Positions 58,951 to 64,000 of a stretch of DNA of 64,000 bases are shown here, piece after piece. Numbering within the stretch: the first letter of the stretch is position 1; every line of letters begins with the position of its first letter. Source of the stretch: Macrostomum lignano (lineage: Eukaryota). Location: NCBI GenBank assembly GCA_002269645.1, contig NIVC01003963.1:1-64000 (forward strand), written 5' to 3'. A program made the position numbers and the translations under genes. The notes under the pieces are model-generated. The model searched no databases, was not told the origin of the DNA, and was given only the letters and a program-made list of their open reading frames with translations.

Positions 58951-59030
58951 CCAGATCCCCAGTCGCTGCAGCTCTAGAACACGCACCGAATCCCGATCAA
59001 AATTGCAGCCAGTCACTCTCCAGCGCTAGC

Positions 59031-61291
59031 ATGCCAGCAGTGGTGGGATCCGAGCAGCTGCCTGAGTCCCAGCCAGGCCAACAGCCCGCCGCAGGTGCCT
59101 CTCCAAATCTTCGGCGCGGACTGCCCGGCGGCCTGCCCGGCTTCCTGGTGAAGCTATGGACTCTGGTCAACGATCCCACTATCGATTCGATAATCAGCTG
59201 GGACTCAACCGGCGATTGCATCCTCATCTCGGATGGCAACGCTCTCGCGGCCGAGGTTCTGCCATTGTACTTTAAGCACAACAACTTGGCCAGCTTCACG
59301 CGCCAGTTGAACATGTACGGCTTTCACAAGCTGGCATCCGCCGATAGCAGCGGTCAGATGCACTTTCAGCATCCGTACTTTCGGCAGGGACAGCCGGAGC
59401 TGTTGCCAAGCGTCAACCGTCAGATGCTTGGAGGCGGCGGCCGGTACAGCCTGGCTCTGACTACTAGGCATGGCGGTACTGCGGCAACTACAGGCGACGC
59501 TATGGATCCGCAGCAGCAGCCATCGGTGTCAGGGGGCACCGCACCGTGTGAGGGCACCTCTGACGGAGTCGACCCGGTGTCGCTTAACGGTCGCGACGCT
59601 GTGCAGGCCGCGCTGACCGAGATGCGCACGCGGCAGTCGGCTACTGACCAACAGTTGAGGCGGCTGTGCGATGAGAATCATAAACTGTGGCTGGAATTGG
59701 ATAACCTGCGGGTGCAGCACCAGCAGCAGCAGGTGAGGCTGGGTGTCTAACACAGAACAGGCTGTCTAACACACAGAACAGGCTGTCTAACACACATAAC
59801 AGACTGTCTAACACCCAGAACAGGCTGTCTTAACACACAGAACAGGCCATGTCTGACACACAGAACAGGCTGTCTAACACACATCCGGCTGTCTAACACA
59901 CAGAACAGGCTGTCTAACACACAGAACAGGCCATGTCTGACACACAGAACAGGCTGTCTAACACACATCCGGCTGTCTAACACACAGAACAGGCCATGTC
60001 TGACACACAGAAAAGGCTGTCTAACACACAGAACAGGCTGTCTAACACACAGAACAGGCTGTCTAACACACATCCGGCTGTCTAACACACAGAACAGGCC
60101 ATGTCTGACACACAGAAAAGGCTGTCTAACACACAGAACAGGCTGTCTAACACACAGAACAGGCTGTCTAACACACAGAACAGGCCATGTCTGACACACA
60201 GAACAGGCTGTCTAACACATATCCAGCTGTCTAACACACAGAACAGGCTGTCTAACACACAGAACAGGCTGTCTAACACACAGAACAGGCCATGTCTGAC
60301 ACACAGAACAGGCTGTCTAACACATATCCAGCTGTCTAACACACAGAACAGGCTGTCTAACACACAGAACAGGCCATGTCTAACACACAGAACAGGCCAT
60401 GTCTAACACACAGAACAGGCCATGTCTAACACACAGAACAGTCCGTCTAACACTTAGAACAGGCTGTCTAGCAACTGAAAATAGATAAAATTTTTGTACA
60501 AACTGATGACAGACTATTATATAAAGTTAACCTGTCCATGAAACCCACCATCACTGCAGGTGGCTGTCACCTGGCTCCTGGACTTCATCAAAGCCGCCAT
60601 GGTGAATCGAAGCGCCAATCAAGGCGTCAGCGGCGGCGGCATCCGGGGGCCTCGAATAAGCGAGCCCGACCTGCAGTCTGCTGCTGACAGCTCCGCCGCT
60701 GCCGCCGCCGCCGCCTCCTCGATGGGGCCGCTGGGCGCTGCCACCTCTAGCGGCTCTGTACCGTCCGACACTTCCGGTTTCAACCGGAAGCGGCCATATC
60801 CGTTCCCCTACCCGCAGCAGCAGCAGCAGCTGATGGCTATCGAGATGCCGCCTGCGGCGCCAGCCATCGAGGCTCCCCGTCAGCGTCGGGCCATCACGCA
60901 GCTGCCGCCAACGCCGACTACCCCGCAGCCGCCGCCGCCGCTGACGCCGACAGCCGTGTCGACCTCCGCCGAGTCTCCCAGCATCGCCGACTTCTGCCCG
61001 GAGGCATTCAGCGCAGATATCAATTCCCGACAAGCCGACTTGGACGGCATTGTGAATGCTTTGGAGACGGACGAATCGTTGGACTTCGATGTTGACAGGC
61101 TGTTGGCTGAGCTGGTGCAGTCGCCGCCGACTCCACAGCAGCAGCAGCCGCAGCAACCGCCGGCTTCTGTGCCAGCGGCGGTGACCGGTTTAACCAAACA
61201 GCAACCGCCTGGTTCAAATAACTCTGAAGACGCTGAGCCGCCACTACTGGACAGCTGTTTGATTGAGGATCCGGGACAATTGTTTAAATAA
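59031..61291 (+). CDS. HSF: Heat shock transcription factor, ~477 aa. Exons 59031..59732, 60560..61291
   Basis: HSF DNA-binding domain PGFLVKLWTLV..YFKHNNLASFTRQLNMYGFHK..FQHPYFRQG; HR-A/B coiled coil continued across a phase-0 intron (QQQQ|VAVTWLLDFI); HR-C-like LDGIVNALE..FDVDRLLAEL. Start ATG inferred. Confidence 0.92.
59744..60470. repeat. 21-bp-based minisatellite CTAACACACAGAACAGGCTGT filling the HSF intron
   Basis: Direct reading; two or three interleaved variants. Confidence 0.93.
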
Positions 61292-61489
61292 ATTTTGTAT
61301 ATGAACTATTGTGTTTATTATTATATGTATTATTATATTATCGTCATATTTTAATTAGCCCGTATTTTGCATACATGCAAATATATATGCAGTAAACTAT
61401 TTTGTGCATCATTTTATATTTAGCTACTACTTGTTTGTGTATATAATAGTAGTATATAGTCGATTTAACGACATACAATTTTAAACCGA

Positions 61490-61625
61490 TTAACATCCGA
61501 GAGGGTCATCTGACCCCACCGATTAACATCAGAGGGGTCATCTGATCCCACCGATTAACATCCGAGGGGGCCATCTGACCCCACCGATTAACATCAGAGG
61601 GGGTCATCTGACCCCACCGATCTAC
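61490..61625. repeat. 33-bp repeat CCGATTAACATCCGAGAGGGTCATCTGACCCCA, ~4 copies
   Basis: Direct reading. Confidence 0.8.
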
Positions 61626-62029
61626 ATTTTTAATGGAAAAAAGTAAATTTAGGACTATATACAAAATATGAAGCTACTTTAAGTAGCTAATTAAACGACT
61701 ACATGGTAGATTAATAAAATTGTCTATAGATTTATCCGTTATTTTTTGTCGGTTAATGTAAATCTAAAATCTAAAATTTGTTTTGAGTATTGGGCATCGT
61801 TGTATTTTTTTCATCATTTTTTTTATCTGAACATTGCTTCGGTTACCAACGCAAGATGATTTCAAACATTTGCAGACAGCAAACTGCCCCTTCATATCCA
61901 CACTCAGACCACACTCGACATCGCATATATTTCAGCATTTCTTGTAGCTCCCGTGTCGGCACTAAGTTTTAAACGCCTTAAATTTCCAACCTTCAGATGT
62001 TTTGAGCTGGCATTAATGTTTTGCGAGAA

Positions 62030-62820
62030 TCGCCCTTCGGAGTCTACCCAGATAATCGCCTTTTGAATCTACCCAGAAGATCGTCTTTAGAGTCTACCCA
62101 GATAATCTCCTTTGGAGTCTACCCAGATAATCGCCTTTTGAATCTACCCAGAAGATCGTCTTTAGAGTCTACCCAGATAATCTCCTTTGGAGTCTACCCA
62201 GATAATCTCCTTTGGAGTCTACCCAGATAATCTCCTTTGGAGTCTACCCAGATAATCTCCTTTGGAGTCTACCCAGATAATCTCATGTGGAATCTACCCA
62301 GATAATCTCCTGTGGAATCTACCCAGAAAATCTGTGGAATCTACCCAGATAATCTCCTTTGGAATCTACCCAGATAATCTCCTGTGAAGTCTACCCAGAT
62401 AATCTCCTGTGGAATCTACCCAGATAATCTCCTGTGGAATCTACCCAGAAAATCTGTGGAATCTACCCAGATAATCGCCTTTGGAATCTACCCAGAAAAT
62501 CTCCTGTGGAATCTACCCAGATAATCTCCTTTGGAGTCTACCCAGATAATCTCCTTTGGAGTCTACCCAGATAATCGCCTTTGGAATCTACCCAGAAAAT
62601 CGCCTTTGGAATCTACCCAGAAAATCTCCTGTGGAATCTACGCAGAAAATCTCCTGTGGAATCTACCCAGAAAATCTCCTGTGGAATCTACGCAGAAAAT
62701 CTCCTGTGGAATCTACCCAGAAAATCTCCTGTGGAATCTACCCAGAAAATCTGTGGAATCTACCCAGAAAATCGTCTTTGGAATCTACCCAGATAATCTC
62801 CTTTGGAATTTATCCAGAAA
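62030..62820. repeat. 25-bp minisatellite TCTACCCAGATAATCTCCTTTGGAG
   Basis: About 30 copies. Confidence 0.93.
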
Positions 62821-63519
62821 ATCTAAAGTTCAGAACCCAAAATTCCTTACTTCAAGAGAGCCCCGGTTTTGCACTCATAAATAGATTAGATTACTGTATG
62901 GTCAGATGGCTTCAGAGCAAAGTAACTTCACTCGTAAAGGCCCGCTTTGCGTTGCACTTGACTCACTATTTTCACCTTGTCAGGCAGTGATTGGATGTAA
63001 CTTCATAATTGTATGCTTATCTAGTTATTGTCTGCTTTCTCTAGCATGGCAGCAAAGAATGCGCTGTTTCTGCTTGTTGCTGTTTCTGAGAACAGAAGTT
63101 GCTTTTGTTGCGTCTGTCAGCACACGTGTTTAAATTTGCATCTTTAAACTGTATTTTCCCTGTTTGCGTACAATACTCGTATGCTTGTCTGTTGCTTCTG
63201 CTGTGGAAAATATGTATATTTTGTCTGAACTGTAACTAATACATTTTAATAGAAGACACTTGCTTGTTTTCATAACGTAAAATGTTGTTATATTTTTGTT
63301 GATAACTTCAGCCGTAAACATTTTTTATTTAAAATTGGATTTATCTTCTCTTGGGGTCATCGTTTGGAAGGTCTTAAAGGTCGTCGGATCAGTGGATATT
63401 CCAAAAATCATCGTTTTAACTGCCCCGAAGGTCACAGCTTTGAATCTCCTGAAGATCACTGCTTTGAGGGTAGCGAAAGTCACGTGTTGAATGTACCCAC
63501 AATCATTGCGTTGAAGGTT

Positions 63520-63990
63520 TTGAAGATCATAGTGTTGTAGGTCCCGCAGACAATCTTGTTGAAGGTCGCGAAGACGACCGAGTTAAATGTCCTGAAGATC
63601 ATTGTGTTAAATGTCCCGAAGATCATTGTATTGAATGTCCGAAGATCATTGTGTTAAATGTTGCGAATATCATGTGTTGAATGTCCCGAAGATCATTGTG
63701 TTGAATGTCCGAAGATCATCGAGTTGAATGTCCCGAAGATCATCGAGTTGGATGTCCGAAGATCATCGAGTTGAATGTCCTGAAGATCATCGAGTTGAAT
63801 GTCCCGAAGATCATTGTGTTAAATGGTTCGAATATCATGTGTTGAATGTCCCGAAGATCATCGAGTTGAATGTCACGATGATCATCGCATTGAATGTCCC
63901 AAAAATAATGATGTTGAATTTTGCAAAGATCTTCGGGTTGAATGTACCGAAGTTCACGCGTTAAATATCTCGAAGATAATCGATCGTCTT
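63520..63990. repeat. Degenerate 24-bp minisatellite ATGTCCCGAAGATCATCGAGTTGA
   Basis: Direct reading. Confidence 0.8.
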
Positions 63991-64000
63991 GACTGTCGTG

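Noticed and set aside
58476-59030. 185-codon N-terminal extension of HSF through the upstream minisatellite
   Set aside because: No ATG (TTG start only), the unit has no stop in any + frame so openness is trivial, and AG acceptors precede the ATG at 59031.
11712-63964. ORFs within minisatellites (e.g. 11712-12934, 40575-41339, 50154-50718, 51218-52160, 58414-58977, 59747-60406, 62021-62990)
   Set aside because: They are periodic translations of intronic or intergenic arrays with no domain content.

Overview
Eukaryotic (metazoan) genomic DNA with GT-AG introns, GC-rich exons and very dense minisatellites. Style and spliced-leader-like motifs suggest the free-living flatworm Macrostomum (inference, not verified). 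Six multi-exon protein genes were modelled by hand: two tandem paralogous transmembrane mucins (PTS repeats, SEA, EGF, TM; + strand, <1-6799 and 9161-17667), an AUTS2/FBRSL/Tay-family gene (-), an orphan rhodopsin-type GPCR (-), GOPC/PIST (+) and a heat shock factor (+). There is also one orphan ORF. Mobile DNA includes a P/hAT-type element (80-bp TIRs, 8-bp TSD) nested in a Charlie-like MITE family, two inverted tRNA-derived SINEs with TSDs, and three RTE-like LINE relics. The most unusual feature is a family of structured non-coding elements (42718-43817; 26870-28205) whose 5' end matches the first ~23 nt of the flatworm spliced leader as I recall it. Also notable: sharply bounded CpG-depleted domains at the 5' ends of GOPC and AUTS2-like, and minisatellites built from splice-site motifs, including a ~16x acceptor/10-nt microexon/donor array. 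No rRNA, true tRNA or CRISPR array was found.
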